The translations under genes and the position numbers were made by a program. Positions 10,173-20,351 of a DNA stretch of 64,000 bases are shown one piece after another (position 1 is the stretch's first letter; every line of letters starts with the position of its first letter). The notes under the pieces are model-generated. The model worked only from the letters and a program-made list of their open reading frames with translations, made no database searches and was not told the origin of the DNA. The stretch comes from an uncultured virus (IMG/VR IMGVR_UViG_3300033145_003180) (Duplodnaviria > Heunggongvirae > Uroviricota > Caudoviricetes): IMG/VR virus record IMGVR_UViG_3300033145_003180. One strand, given 5' to 3'.

Positions 10173-11012
10173 ATGAATATGTTACCGAATTTTATTATAG
10201 CAGGTGCAGCAAAATCTGGAACTTCGTCATTATTAAGATATCTAGGAAAACATCCAGATATTCTTACAGGTGGACAACGAAGTGGCAGAAAAGAAGCGGG
10301 TTTTTTCAATAATAACTATGAGAAAGGCATTGAATGGTATGAACATTTCTTTGAGGATTGGAATGGTGAAAAAGCGATAGGGGAGAAATCTGTTGGATAT
10401 ATGATACATAAAGAGTCGCCTGAAAGAATCAAGAAAATGATACCGGATATAAAAATAATTTTTGTATTGAGAAATCCAGTTGATCGAGCATATTCTCACT
10501 ACTGGCATGATTGTATCAGACATTCAGAAAAAGAAATCATACCTTTTGAAGAAGCGATTAAAAGAGCAGAAGATGTAGATCCAAAAAGAGAGTACTATTT
10601 GAGAATCGGCAGGTATTGCGAGCACATAAAATATTGGAGGGGTTTCTTTCCTAAAGAAAACATGCTCATTCTAAAAACGGAAGATTTGAATAAAAAGGGT
10701 TTAAAAGCGGTTTTGAGATTTTTAAATGTCAATGAGAGTTTTGATTTTGGTGAACTTAAGAAACATAACATCGGTGGCAGTCCAAGAAGCAAAATACTTG
10801 CAACAATATCAAGAAATCAAATTATAACAAAAACACCGTATCTTTATGGATTTGTGAGCAAGATAATAAATCAAAAAAAAGGGAAATACTCTGAGATGAA
10901 TAAAAAAACAAGAAAAAAGCTACAAGAATATTACAAACCATATAATGAAGAACTAGAAAAAATAACAGGTCTTGATATAACAGAATGGAAATACGATAGC
11001 ACCATATCGTAA
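10173..11012 (+). CDS. sulfotransferase
   Basis: PAPS-binding GAAKSGTSSL and LRNPVDRAYS. Confidence 0.9.
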   Translation: MNMLPNFIIAGAAKSGTSSLLRYLGKHPDILTGGQRSGRKEAGFFNNNYEKGIEWYEHFFEDWNGEKAIGEKSVGYMIHKESPERIKKMIPDIKIIFVLRNPVDRAYSHYWHDCIRHSEKEIIPFEEAIKRAEDVDPKREYYLRIGRYCEHIKYWRGFFPKENMLILKTEDLNKKGLKAVLRFLNVNESFDFGELKKHNIGGSPRSKILATISRNQIITKTPYLYGFVSKIINQKKGKYSEMNKKTRKKLQEYYKPYNEELEKITGLDITEWKYDSTIS

Positions 11013-11016
11013 TTGG
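10993..11016. repeat. ACGATA-N6-TATCGT inverted-repeat site 4
   Basis: acgata gcacca tatcgt aattgg; supplies the sulfotransferase stop codon. Confidence 0.75.
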
Positions 11017-11032
11017 TGGATGAGAATAAAAA

Positions 11033-11305
11033 ATGTTTAAATCACTATTGAGAAAACGAAACATTGGAAAAGGATTCGCCCATGCAAAAAAAGAACACAG
11101 CATGGAGAGGTATTGTACTATTACACTCGTTCTTACTTTTTTATTTTTAGTATTCAGATTTTATGTTGATGATGGATCCATACGTGTACTAATTGGTTTT
11201 ATCGGGATGTTGGTATTCATCGCCCTTGTTTTCAGAGCGTTGGCTGGATATCATCATAAGTGGGAGAAACACCATCTTGATGATATGCGAAGGGGAAAGA
11301 AGTAA
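11033..11305 (+). CDS. small membrane protein
   Basis: 2 TM segments. Confidence 0.6.
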   Translation: MFKSLLRKRNIGKGFAHAKKEHSMERYCTITLVLTFLFLVFRFYVDDGSIRVLIGFIGMLVFIALVFRALAGYHHKWEKHHLDDMRRGKK

Positions 11306-11313
11306 ATGTTTTT

Positions 11314-11559
11314 ATGATATTAGACGTTTACTGGATGATAATGGCAGATGAAACCAATAAAAAAGAAAAGAAGCCTTTGATGCAACGCCTGAAATATGCA
11401 ATATTAGTTTCTGCGATCCTGTTTTTTATCGGAGGGTTTATCTTTCCGATACTCTACAGTGCAAGTTTTTCATTATCTGATTTTTTGATCGGTGGCGTTT
11501 TTTCGGTGTTTTTAATGTGGGTAAGCATTATCCTCGGACATTATTTTATGCAGATCTAA
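11314..11559 (+). CDS. small membrane protein
   Basis: 2 TM segments; start may be 11341. Confidence 0.55.
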   Translation: MILDVYWMIMADETNKKEKKPLMQRLKYAILVSAILFFIGGFIFPILYSASFSLSDFLIGGVFSVFLMWVSIILGHYFMQI

Positions 11560-11618
11560 GCATCAGTTCTGGAAACTATCGATGATATTCATATATGTTG
11601 TCATCGGTGCCGAGGATG

Positions 11619-12062
11619 TTACAACCACTGTATCATAGTTGAGTATTGTTCAACTTTGGATCCATCCCATGTGATAACAATCTGTCCGCGTCCGGGATAT
11701 CCTTTCTGCCATGCCCTGAGATAACTGTTCCATCCAGTACCACTAGAATCAGCTGATGTATCACTGATCAGAGACCACCCGTTTTGTGCATTTGTCTGTT
11801 CATACCATAAAATTACTGAAGATGCAGATTGCCCGTTAACCCCATAGATATTGATATTTAGTTCATCCATCAATCCCATGATTATATTATATATCTCATC
11901 ATCTGCGTAATTGCTGAGAGAAGTAGTGTCAATCTCCTGTGCATTTGGATAGAGTGATGTTGAATTGAATGGCGTGTCAACATATCCAGTATAGCCAAGT
12001 ACCGCGTATCCAGCAACGCATATTGCCACTATTGCTATAATGCCCACTATGAGTTTTTTCAT
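11619..12062 (-). CDS. secreted or membrane-anchored hypothetical protein (possible 3' frameshift)
   Basis: N-terminal signal; a second frame continues YDTVVVTSSAP.. to about 11563. Confidence 0.65.
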   Translation of the reverse strand: MKKLIVGIIAIVAICVAGYAVLGYTGYVDTPFNSTSLYPNAQEIDTTSLSNYADDEIYNIIMGLMDELNINIYGVNGQSASSVILWYEQTNAQNGWSLISDTSADSSGTGWNSYLRAWQKGYPGRGQIVITWDGSKVEQYSTMIQWL

Positions 12063-12065
12063 GGT

Positions 12066-14768
12066 TTACCTCTTTTTTCTTTTTTTACCAGCACCCAGTA
12101 TAAACCACCAGTATAGAAAAGCGAGGAGAATAATTATAATGAATAACGCCAGAAACCAGAAAACCCAGTCAACTCCTAGAAAAGACGGGGCTTCTGCACC
12201 TGTATCGGTAACAGTAGTTGTTGTATCTGTACCAGCACCTGCACCACCGCCAGGGCCACCTGCGGAATGAGCACGTACTGTAAATAGATGTGTACTCCAT
12301 CCCCCAGTATAATTAAACCAGACATATCCTGTGGTCCCCTGGGTGGCAAGCATCGTTCCAGACTGTGCTGTATAAGAATGCTGAACGGTGCCGTCAACCA
12401 AGCAGTCATAAACAATACCTGGGGTGAAACCACCTATCTTTTGATAGAGAATGTCTCCAGGTATTCCAGTACCAACCCACTGGACATAATTAACCCAAGT
12501 CGTAAGGTTGATGTAAGCATTATGCGCATCATTGCAATAAACCCTCATCTGCGTTGTATTCAATCCCCATAATCCGTCTCCCACGTCGTGCTGGCAGAGA
12601 CCATATGGATCTACTGTATCAAACTGGAAATTAATGTTCCTATCAAAACCAAGAACGTAAGGGCTATAAATACTTACATTTGAATTATTTGATACCGCCC
12701 AATCATACCATGTAACTGTCGGGTTATCAACTATGCAGTTGAAAAAATATACTGATGCGTTGTTGTCAACCACAACACCGTAACATGAATTATTGTATGC
12801 ATCGACTTCGGTAAAACGAACCTCTGGCGTATTTTGAATATATATACCATAGAAATTATCATGACTTGTGGAATACCAGAATACGTTGCCACCATTTGAT
12901 GCTGCTGTGGCTGTTATCCATACACCAGCCCAAGTATTGTTATTAAAATCACCATAGTTAACGGTGTTATTGTTTGCATATTCCGCTATTAACGTTCCAT
13001 ACAGGTTATTGCTAGAGTTACAAAGATAAAATCTGTTATAGCTGGTATTTCCAAGAAGATAATAACCAATACCTCCATTTGAATAAACACTACAATTATC
13101 AAAAGTGTTATTTATCGCATGGTTTGTCGCTCCCATTCCTCCAGATGTTGCAACAGTTAAACCCGTGACAGTACTGTTCCTGATATGATTATATGTTACA
13201 TTATCAAATAGAAAGATACCATCTCCTGTCGTGGTTCCAGTAACTGTTACATTGAATACTGTATTGTTGTGGCAGATATTGTCGGCGGCACCATCCGTCC
13301 CGATAGATATCGCATAGCTCGTTTCTGCATTAATCTGTAGATTTCTAATTGTGTTATTATATGATATATCCGAATCGTAGTTGTCAAAGATAAGCACACC
13401 ATAAGCACTTGTATTCGCATATCCATAATCAATTATATTATATTGCGAACCATATATTTTGTAATTATAAGATACATGTGTGTCCGCTGTACAGTTGCTA
13501 CATGTGTTATTATGACCGAACTCTATATAAAAACCGAAACCCGAATCGTTTGCATCACAACGGATGAACCTGTTGTCATGGGATTTCCATATATGAAAAT
13601 CAGTCTGTGTGGTAGCACCCCAAGCATTACAATCTAAGAAATCATTATAATTAGATCCTATTGTTCCAGCACCGACAAGCCCCCAGTTGCCACCATCTGC
13701 TGCTCCATCTGGGTCATATGCCGATGAATTGGTGAAAGTACAATTCCCTGAATCATAAATATAGATATTGTAGTCATCGGCTGCATTAGTATTATGATGA
13801 GAAATAGTATAATTGGCTGTTAGATTATCACAGTTTTGAACGCTTAAACCATCTGTATATGCATTATAACACAAGACATTATTAAATGAAATATTATCTG
13901 AATGACAGAGACGTATGGCCATTGCATCAAGAGTGCCATTACAATCATCAACAGCAACCCCCTCATATGGTGCTCGGTGTGTCCAAGATGGGTGATCGCC
14001 AACAAATCCTCCATGAGCACCATTATCTGTGACACCACCGACAGTATAGACAATACCCGCATCCTTGGTATCGTTGAACCAAGTGTTGGTCACGTTCGTA
14101 TTTTCGCATCCCTGAAAATTGATGCCGATATAGTTCTCCAGAACAGTACAGTTGTGCATCCATCCCTGCGAATCAACATCTGCTGCAGATATAGTGTTAT
14201 CTTCATAGACAATTCCATATTTATTGTCAACATCATGACCTAGATATCCAATCGTTGAATTTAAAAAAGAAGCAAACGGTGTATCTCCAATATCAACTGG
14301 GAGAATATAGATATACGGTCTGAATCTTTCCCAGTCTGAAGAGTTAGAACCAGCTGCTATCGTTCCATTCCATCCTGTAATCATTGTATCATTTACATAA
14401 AGATGACCTTGCACATCAATATGTGCCTCATCTTTCCCTGATACGTTAGTATCATTCATCTTCAACCAGGTACAATGTTGCGCAGTTGCATTTCCAGTAA
14501 CAGGATCTATTACAAGAGTTGCATCAGTCTCAACAACAATAGACCAGTTCAAAAGCCAAGTCCCATCTGTTCCATTGACAAGATGTTTATCTGTCACAAC
14601 CGTGCTATCCCATATAAGATCAAGGTCAAAAGTACCCGCGCTCAGTTCAATTTCCATATTTACCGCGTCCAACGTAATACCAGCCTCAGCTGTTAACCCT
14701 ATTGCAAAAAGAGCCAACATACCAATACACAATATTATTATTTTTCTTATGTTTTTCATATATCTCAC
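12066..14768 (-). CDS. surface protein with right-handed parallel beta-helix repeats and C-terminal TM anchor
   Basis: Signal peptide; many N/C-ladder repeats; G/T-rich linker, TM and KKRKKR. Confidence 0.85.
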   Translation of the reverse strand: MRYMKNIRKIIILCIGMLALFAIGLTAEAGITLDAVNMEIELSAGTFDLDLIWDSTVVTDKHLVNGTDGTWLLNWSIVVETDATLVIDPVTGNATAQHCTWLKMNDTNVSGKDEAHIDVQGHLYVNDTMITGWNGTIAAGSNSSDWERFRPYIYILPVDIGDTPFASFLNSTIGYLGHDVDNKYGIVYEDNTISAADVDSQGWMHNCTVLENYIGINFQGCENTNVTNTWFNDTKDAGIVYTVGGVTDNGAHGGFVGDHPSWTHRAPYEGVAVDDCNGTLDAMAIRLCHSDNISFNNVLCYNAYTDGLSVQNCDNLTANYTISHHNTNAADDYNIYIYDSGNCTFTNSSAYDPDGAADGGNWGLVGAGTIGSNYNDFLDCNAWGATTQTDFHIWKSHDNRFIRCDANDSGFGFYIEFGHNNTCSNCTADTHVSYNYKIYGSQYNIIDYGYANTSAYGVLIFDNYDSDISYNNTIRNLQINAETSYAISIGTDGAADNICHNNTVFNVTVTGTTTGDGIFLFDNVTYNHIRNSTVTGLTVATSGGMGATNHAINNTFDNCSVYSNGGIGYYLLGNTSYNRFYLCNSSNNLYGTLIAEYANNNTVNYGDFNNNTWAGVWITATAASNGGNVFWYSTSHDNFYGIYIQNTPEVRFTEVDAYNNSCYGVVVDNNASVYFFNCIVDNPTVTWYDWAVSNNSNVSIYSPYVLGFDRNINFQFDTVDPYGLCQHDVGDGLWGLNTTQMRVYCNDAHNAYINLTTWVNYVQWVGTGIPGDILYQKIGGFTPGIVYDCLVDGTVQHSYTAQSGTMLATQGTTGYVWFNYTGGWSTHLFTVRAHSAGGPGGGAGAGTDTTTTVTDTGAEAPSFLGVDWVFWFLALFIIIILLAFLYWWFILGAGKKRKKR

Positions 14769-14779
14769 CTATCTTTTTT

Positions 14780-15955
14780 CTATATCAAACCTACATATTT
14801 AAATCCTGATATGGCCGCACCTATCCAACAAAAGACAGCGCTTGCCTGTTCTATAACAACCCATGAATTAGCTGTGATGCTTATCGATGGTGGTTCAGGA
14901 GGGTTAGGATCAATTACGTTAAACAGTTCAGTACTGCCTATATACGCGTCATTAATATAGAATTTGATAATACCTTGCCCAGGACCTAAATCAGATCCGA
15001 TGTCCCACCATGTCCAACCACACCAAAAACTGGTATAATGATATGAGCATGTTTTAGTCCATTCCCACACTTCCTCTCCGTTATAGAACCATTTATGTTT
15101 CATTGTTTTACCGTAAAAATCATATCCTCCGGAAGCTGAAAATTTACTATATGCATATACGTCTACACCTATTTCAAAATTCGTTCTTTCAGGACCCTCA
15201 TCTCCACAGTTCGGCCCTGCAAATCCGCATGTGATTCCTTTCCCCAACCATACATTAGGCGGTGGAGGAGGATCCGGATCTTCATCTTCCTCAGTATATG
15301 TTCTAAAACACATATCAAGACCGCTGGAGATTGCCCAACTTCCTGAATCGAAATTCCAATAATGCACGTTACCATTATACTCCTCTTCTGCCGAGCATCC
15401 CCAATACCAACAATCCCCATCTAATGGATCATCAGCTGAAAATAAAACAATGTGAAATGTTTCTCCAGCGTCAATATCCATAGGTGTAATAAACTCAACA
15501 GACAACCATAGCCAACTATTGATCATAACATTTTCTATGAAATAACAAGCATCCCATGATTCAGCATAAAGAGGGTCATCAAGTTCTTTCATTATACCAA
15601 AATAGAGTGTATCTGGAGAGGTGTATCCGACAGTTCTGATTAACACAGAAAAACCTAGCAAAGTATCCCGATCATTAACCACTTCTTGCGACACGCAAAA
15701 ACCAGGCACAGGATAACCAATATATACCATCCCATCCTGTATTTCCTGAGATTGATCTAGTTCATCTGGTTCTAATGATATATCCATAAGTACACGGGCA
15801 CCTGCATTCGATTTTGCCAATCGATTGATATTAATAGGAGCGGTACTGAAATAGTTTCCAGGATAAAATATTTGATCTTGTGATGCAACAACAATTAAAG
15901 ATGCACCCAACAGTATTAACACTACCATTAAAATCAGCCATTGTTTCTTTTTCAT
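14780..15955 (-). CDS. surface protein, paralog of 17314-18165
   Basis: Signal peptide; PDELDQ..Q, VNDR and DMCF.TYT shared; C-terminal TM. Confidence 0.8.
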   Translation of the reverse strand: MKKKQWLILMVVLILLGASLIVVASQDQIFYPGNYFSTAPININRLAKSNAGARVLMDISLEPDELDQSQEIQDGMVYIGYPVPGFCVSQEVVNDRDTLLGFSVLIRTVGYTSPDTLYFGIMKELDDPLYAESWDACYFIENVMINSWLWLSVEFITPMDIDAGETFHIVLFSADDPLDGDCWYWGCSAEEEYNGNVHYWNFDSGSWAISSGLDMCFRTYTEEDEDPDPPPPPNVWLGKGITCGFAGPNCGDEGPERTNFEIGVDVYAYSKFSASGGYDFYGKTMKHKWFYNGEEVWEWTKTCSYHYTSFWCGWTWWDIGSDLGPGQGIIKFYINDAYIGSTELFNVIDPNPPEPPSISITANSWVVIEQASAVFCWIGAAISGFKYVGLI

Positions 15956-15993
15956 ATCATAAAACAAATGTGAAACATATTATAAAATGTTAT

Positions 15994-16010
15994 CCAGGAA
16001 AAATTTCCGA
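15994..16010 (-). promoter_or_regulatory. palindromic operator upstream of TATA (copy 1)
   Basis: ccaggaaaaatttccga, 6 nt from TTTTATAA on the minus strand. Confidence 0.75.
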
Positions 16011-16040
16011 TGTATGTTTTGTAAAAACATAATATAAAAA

Positions 16041-16460
16041 TCAGATTTTGATAAGAATCATATCATCGCCTGTTGTTTCTTCAGTTAATGTAAGTACCAT
16101 ATTTTTATTGGAAAAACTATAGATAAGAGAAACAGTGTCTTCTCCAGAGATTGCTGTCTGCATTTGCGTATCAGATGTGACAGTGTATATTCCTTCTAAT
16201 GTCGCCAATATCTCGCCATCTAAATAAAATGTAATATAAAAAACGCCATCTGGTTCAAAAGTAATATGAATTCCATCCGTTGATGTAACTTCATATGATG
16301 ATTCAATGGTATTTGATGAGGGGAGACCAGCATCGACAACATTCCATTCCCCGTAAAATCTTGAATTAGGATCTAATGCCCCTGTTGTCACTATTACCGT
16401 TCCGACAATTAAAACAGCGATAATTGCTAGTATTGACAAAATTTTATATTCTTTTTCCAT
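16041..16460 (-). CDS. lipocalin-like membrane-anchored protein
   Basis: N-terminal TM; FYGEW..ITFEPDG..GIYTV pattern. Confidence 0.65.
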   Translation of the reverse strand: MEKEYKILSILAIIAVLIVGTVIVTTGALDPNSRFYGEWNVVDAGLPSSNTIESSYEVTSTDGIHITFEPDGVFYITFYLDGEILATLEGIYTVTSDTQMQTAISGEDTVSLIYSFSNKNMVLTLTEETTGDDMILIKI

Positions 16461-16503
16461 TTAGACACACAATATAAGATATTGGCAACACTTAAAAACT
16501 TAT

Positions 16504-16520
16504 CCAGGAAATATTTCCGA
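16504..16520 (-). promoter_or_regulatory. palindromic operator (copy 2)
   Basis: ccaggaaatatttccga next to TTTTTAAG. Confidence 0.75.
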
Positions 16521-16521
16521 T

Positions 16522-16947
16522 TTAAACAATTTGATTTATGATATACTTGGTGATGATATTGCCGCCATCGACAACGCCTATTATTTTTCCTATAACGGCA
16601 CCGCTATCAATTATCCATGGGTCCGCATTTACGTTGTTATCGCCCTTGACATAATATCTCCCATTCTGGATATTGTAAATACGATGAGCGACTGCCATAT
16701 CATTATATTGAAAAACAAGGATATCACCTACATTTGCGAAAAAACCAGGATAATCATCTGTCAGTACCACGATAGTATCCCCATTCTCGATATAAGGTTC
16801 CATACTCCACCCAATCCCGACAGATGTATAGATATAATCCTGTTTATCATATGCCTCACATATCAATGGGATATCGATAACAACCAACATAACAACTGAT
16901 AGAACGACAACTATCAATACAGTTATAATTTTACTATTTGTATTCAT
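16522..16947 (-). CDS. signal peptidase I (S26, archaeal/ER type)
   Basis: GWSMEP..GD, VAHRI, KGDNN. Confidence 0.9.
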   Translation of the reverse strand: MNTNSKIITVLIVVVLSVVMLVVIDIPLICEAYDKQDYIYTSVGIGWSMEPYIENGDTIVVLTDDYPGFFANVGDILVFQYNDMAVAHRIYNIQNGRYYVKGDNNVNADPWIIDSGAVIGKIIGVVDGGNIITKYIINQIV

Positions 16948-17309
16948 CTTTTTACCTTCTCCTTAAAACCTGTGAAAAACATGGAAAAAATAGAAACTAT
17001 CACCATCGCCTGCAGAAATAAACTAACGATATCCTTCGGTGTCATACTTGATAATATCGCATATATCGTTGTGGTGACCAGTCCTATTGTAAAAGGAATT
17101 ACATATTCATGTTGGAATCTTCTGGTGATGATCATTCTCACAGATGGATAGAGAAACAGGAAAAACATGAGGTACCATGTCATTCTGGCAAACAAAAAAT
17201 CTATGAAATCGTCCATACCCATTATGATTGTTAAAGCAACAAGTGCAAGTGCTCCTAAAAGAAGGGTGTATGATATATCTTCGCTCTGAGATTTGGGTAG
17301 CTTCTTCAT
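16944..17309 (-). CDS. membrane protein (4 TM)
   Basis: Hydrophobic segments; overlaps next gene. Confidence 0.7.
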   Translation of the reverse strand: MKKLPKSQSEDISYTLLLGALALVALTIIMGMDDFIDFLFARMTWYLMFFLFLYPSVRMIITRRFQHEYVIPFTIGLVTTTIYAILSSMTPKDIVSLFLQAMVIVSIFSMFFTGFKEKVKR

Positions 17310-17313
17310 GATA

Positions 17314-18165
17314 TCACAGAACTAACGCTGCCCACTTGCACCCTGAAACAGCCGCTGCTATCAAACATGCAAATCCGATATTGGCAGTTATCCAAGATGT
17401 CGACGTGATGTTTATAACAGGTACATCGCCACCGCCACCCGTAGTTGTATATGTGACAAAACACATATCCACATTCCCGCCATCGGGTAGCATCTCATTC
17501 TGCCATGCCTTATCTTCTGTGTTCCATCCTCTGGGTCTATATGTCGGATATGGATTTGGACTGCCACCACCCCACATCCAGTAATTGTCATCATCTGGGT
17601 CATCGGGGGAAAACAAAACAACACCCATCGCAGGTGGACCGCTTGGGATATCAAGGGGTGAATTGCTAAAATCAACTCCAAACCAGTAAAATGTGTCAGC
17701 CTCGGGTACATCAACAGCATTTATTCCCCCCAATATTATATAGCTACTGCTCTTTGCGGGGGTTCCATAATTAGGGTACATAATACCCATATATAGCATA
17801 TAAGAAGGGGATCCATGCCGTGCAACAGCAACTTGGAAACCTTTCATTGGTTCCCTATCATTTACTACAGGTTGTAATATGCTACAACCTGCATTTCCTG
17901 TTCCGATTCTATAATATACGCTTAACAAGTCTTGCACCTGATCAATTTCATCAGGATCAAAATCAGCAATAATGTAAGCACTACGAACACTACCCGTATC
18001 AATCATTTCATAAGTTTTGCTTTTATCGGTTGTCGAGTTGACTGTCATTTCATATGGAAATGCTGTGGCATTGGAAAGGAACAATGATGCAATACCGGCA
18101 ATCATTAAAATTATTGTTGCATACTTCCAATATTTATCTTTTATTTTCATAATCTTTTCCTCCAC
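17314..18165 (-). CDS. surface protein, paralog of 14780-15955
   Basis: Signal peptide, shared motifs, C-terminal TM. Confidence 0.8.
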   Translation of the reverse strand: MEEKIMKIKDKYWKYATIILMIAGIASLFLSNATAFPYEMTVNSTTDKSKTYEMIDTGSVRSAYIIADFDPDEIDQVQDLLSVYYRIGTGNAGCSILQPVVNDREPMKGFQVAVARHGSPSYMLYMGIMYPNYGTPAKSSSYIILGGINAVDVPEADTFYWFGVDFSNSPLDIPSGPPAMGVVLFSPDDPDDDNYWMWGGGSPNPYPTYRPRGWNTEDKAWQNEMLPDGGNVDMCFVTYTTTGGGGDVPVINITSTSWITANIGFACLIAAAVSGCKWAALVL

Positions 18166-20003
18166 TCAGGGAATGATACAATCCCAACCCCGATAAACAC
18201 CAACGAACCAAAAAGAAATGTATATGACTGTTCAGGTATCTCGTTCTCAATCATATAACAAGTACCATCTGCGTCAGCTAAACCATAGCCATAATCATAA
18301 TCAAATCCATAGTTTCCAAGATCAACAGCAGATCTCTTAATGGCACTGTTAAACTGTTTTGCACTATAAGATTCGTGCCCTTGTGCAACAAGTGCCAAAA
18401 CACCAGCTACTGTGGGTGTGCTGAAACTCGTTCCACTTTTTGATATCAAAATACCATTGTCATCAAACATATTAACAGGGAATCCGGGGGCAACAACATC
18501 TGGTTTATCATGACCATCCGCAGATGGTCCACGCCCTGAAAAATAAGCAATTTGCAAGCTATCATCAACAGCCCCAACAGCCAATACATATTCAGCCTGT
18601 CCAGGACAATCTACAGTTTTTGATGAAGGGCCACTATTTCCTGCAGCAGCCACCATTGGAATATTATATTTTTCAACCATATTGTTAGCTGCACTGCAAA
18701 TTACACAAGGGTTCTGCCATCCACATCCTGAAGATGGAGCACCAAATGAATTAGAACATATAACAAACCGATCATGAGATATCTTCCAATTCGCCACCCA
18801 TTCCCATCCTTCAATGATATCCCAAAGAGCGCCGCTTCCATCAGCATCGAAAACTCCAACATCCAGTAAATCAACACCTGGAGCGATGCCGGGGTAATCT
18901 GTGTTTTGGCTTGCTATACATGAAGCACATGCACTGCCGTGATAGTGTGTCCAGTCACCATAGATTTCGTGACTGTCTATAACTACACTCTGTCCATTGC
19001 GTTGCAGCGCTGGGATATCAGCATTTATTCCGGTATCAACTACAGCTACAACAATTCCTTCTCCCATGATATTTCTATCCCACACAGAATCAGCGTTGAC
19101 AATAGTATAGCTGTTATCCAGAAGCATGGTGTAATCAATAATATCACTAGGAAAATCAATAATGTGATAGATCCTTTCATTTGGCACAATTCTGACGACA
19201 TTAGGATCTGATGCCAACTGTACAAGATTGTCTGCATCAATTATAGTATTGACAGCATTCAGAACATGAATTGTTCTGCCTTCGATAGATCCACCGAGAG
19301 TTGTGATGTCCTGAACGACAAGATCCTGAGTTGATAACGCAGATGTACCCAAACCTCTGATTTCTATAACAACATCAACCATTCCAGATTCCTGCGTTTC
19401 TATTTTTTCAGATGTTGACAAAGAACCGGCTAATGGTAAATTATCTTGGAAATCACCAAGAACGCCAGTGATTGATACCAGACCAAGAACAGAAATTAAA
19501 ATGGCAGAAACACCAATGACTCGGAAGGGGAGATTTTTTTTTATGACCATAGAAAAAGTGTCCTTGGCATAAAACACAAGATAAATAATTATTGCGCCAG
19601 ATATTATGGTACCAATTGGAAAAACAAAGATATTTATGAAGCACAAAAGAGAAGCCATGATCCTTGAAAGATTAGATCTGTTAGCAAAACCCATGAAACA
19701 GTATATGTAACCCACAGCTATCAATATTGGAATGATTAATGATAGATTATATAATGATGAATCTTCAAATAGAAAATTAAGAAAGGGTGGATGTGGGATG
19801 TTTAGAAAGAACAAGACGGTACCAGATAGGATGCACACTACTTTAGCTATGAAATAAAGCCGTATTATCGGTATTATGGTATCGCCTTTCAGACATTCCA
19901 CTTCCTGTGTAGTTTTTAAAGTTCTAGCCCCAGCCTTTGTAATCAATACTGGGTTTGGTTGCTTTGATGGTATCCTTATGCAACAGACCGGCGACCAATA
20001 CAA
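18147..20003 (-). CDS. membrane-anchored subtilisin-like S8 protease (true start probably near 19890)
   Basis: Catalytic VVDTG, HGS, AAGNSG and SGTSFSTP; N-terminal TMs and C-terminal TM. Confidence 0.9.
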   Translation of the reverse strand: MYWSPVCCIRIPSKQPNPVLITKAGARTLKTTQEVECLKGDTIIPIIRLYFIAKVVCILSGTVLFFLNIPHPPFLNFLFEDSSLYNLSLIIPILIAVGYIYCFMGFANRSNLSRIMASLLCFINIFVFPIGTIISGAIIIYLVFYAKDTFSMVIKKNLPFRVIGVSAILISVLGLVSITGVLGDFQDNLPLAGSLSTSEKIETQESGMVDVVIEIRGLGTSALSTQDLVVQDITTLGGSIEGRTIHVLNAVNTIIDADNLVQLASDPNVVRIVPNERIYHIIDFPSDIIDYTMLLDNSYTIVNADSVWDRNIMGEGIVVAVVDTGINADIPALQRNGQSVVIDSHEIYGDWTHYHGSACASCIASQNTDYPGIAPGVDLLDVGVFDADGSGALWDIIEGWEWVANWKISHDRFVICSNSFGAPSSGCGWQNPCVICSAANNMVEKYNIPMVAAAGNSGPSSKTVDCPGQAEYVLAVGAVDDSLQIAYFSGRGPSADGHDKPDVVAPGFPVNMFDDNGILISKSGTSFSTPTVAGVLALVAQGHESYSAKQFNSAIKRSAVDLGNYGFDYDYGYGLADADGTCYMIENEIPEQSYTFLFGSLVFIGVGIVSFPEWRKRL

Positions 20004-20343
20004 TACCCATCAAAACTGACAGTATACCGTAAGGTAGTGTAAAAATAGCACTGATCAAACTCAATCCTGATATTATCAGAACAGCCCACCATGCATACAC
20101 GTTATGAATCCATAGGAAGTAACATAACATACCAGCAACTATTCCAAATAGAAGCATAAAAAATGCCACACCTGCAACTATCCCTGCTATCGGAATTAAA
20201 CCCACAGTCGAAATCATTGATCCTAGAAAAACTAATGCTATAGCTCCTAGTATACATATTGTTGCCACTAGCGCCAATACTATACAATTGAGGGTTATCC
20301 CCCATGGTTGTTTCTTTTTCTTTCCCATATTTTTCAACTCCAT
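19924..20343 (-). CDS. membrane protein (4 TM)
   Basis: Hydrophobic ORF in the operon. Confidence 0.7.
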   Translation of the reverse strand: MELKNMGKKKKQPWGITLNCIVLALVATICILGAIALVFLGSMISTVGLIPIAGIVAGVAFFMLLFGIVAGMLCYFLWIHNVYAWWAVLIISGLSLISAIFTLPYGILSVLMGIVLVAGLLHKDTIKATKPSIDYKGWG

Positions 20344-20351
20344 TTTAACAA

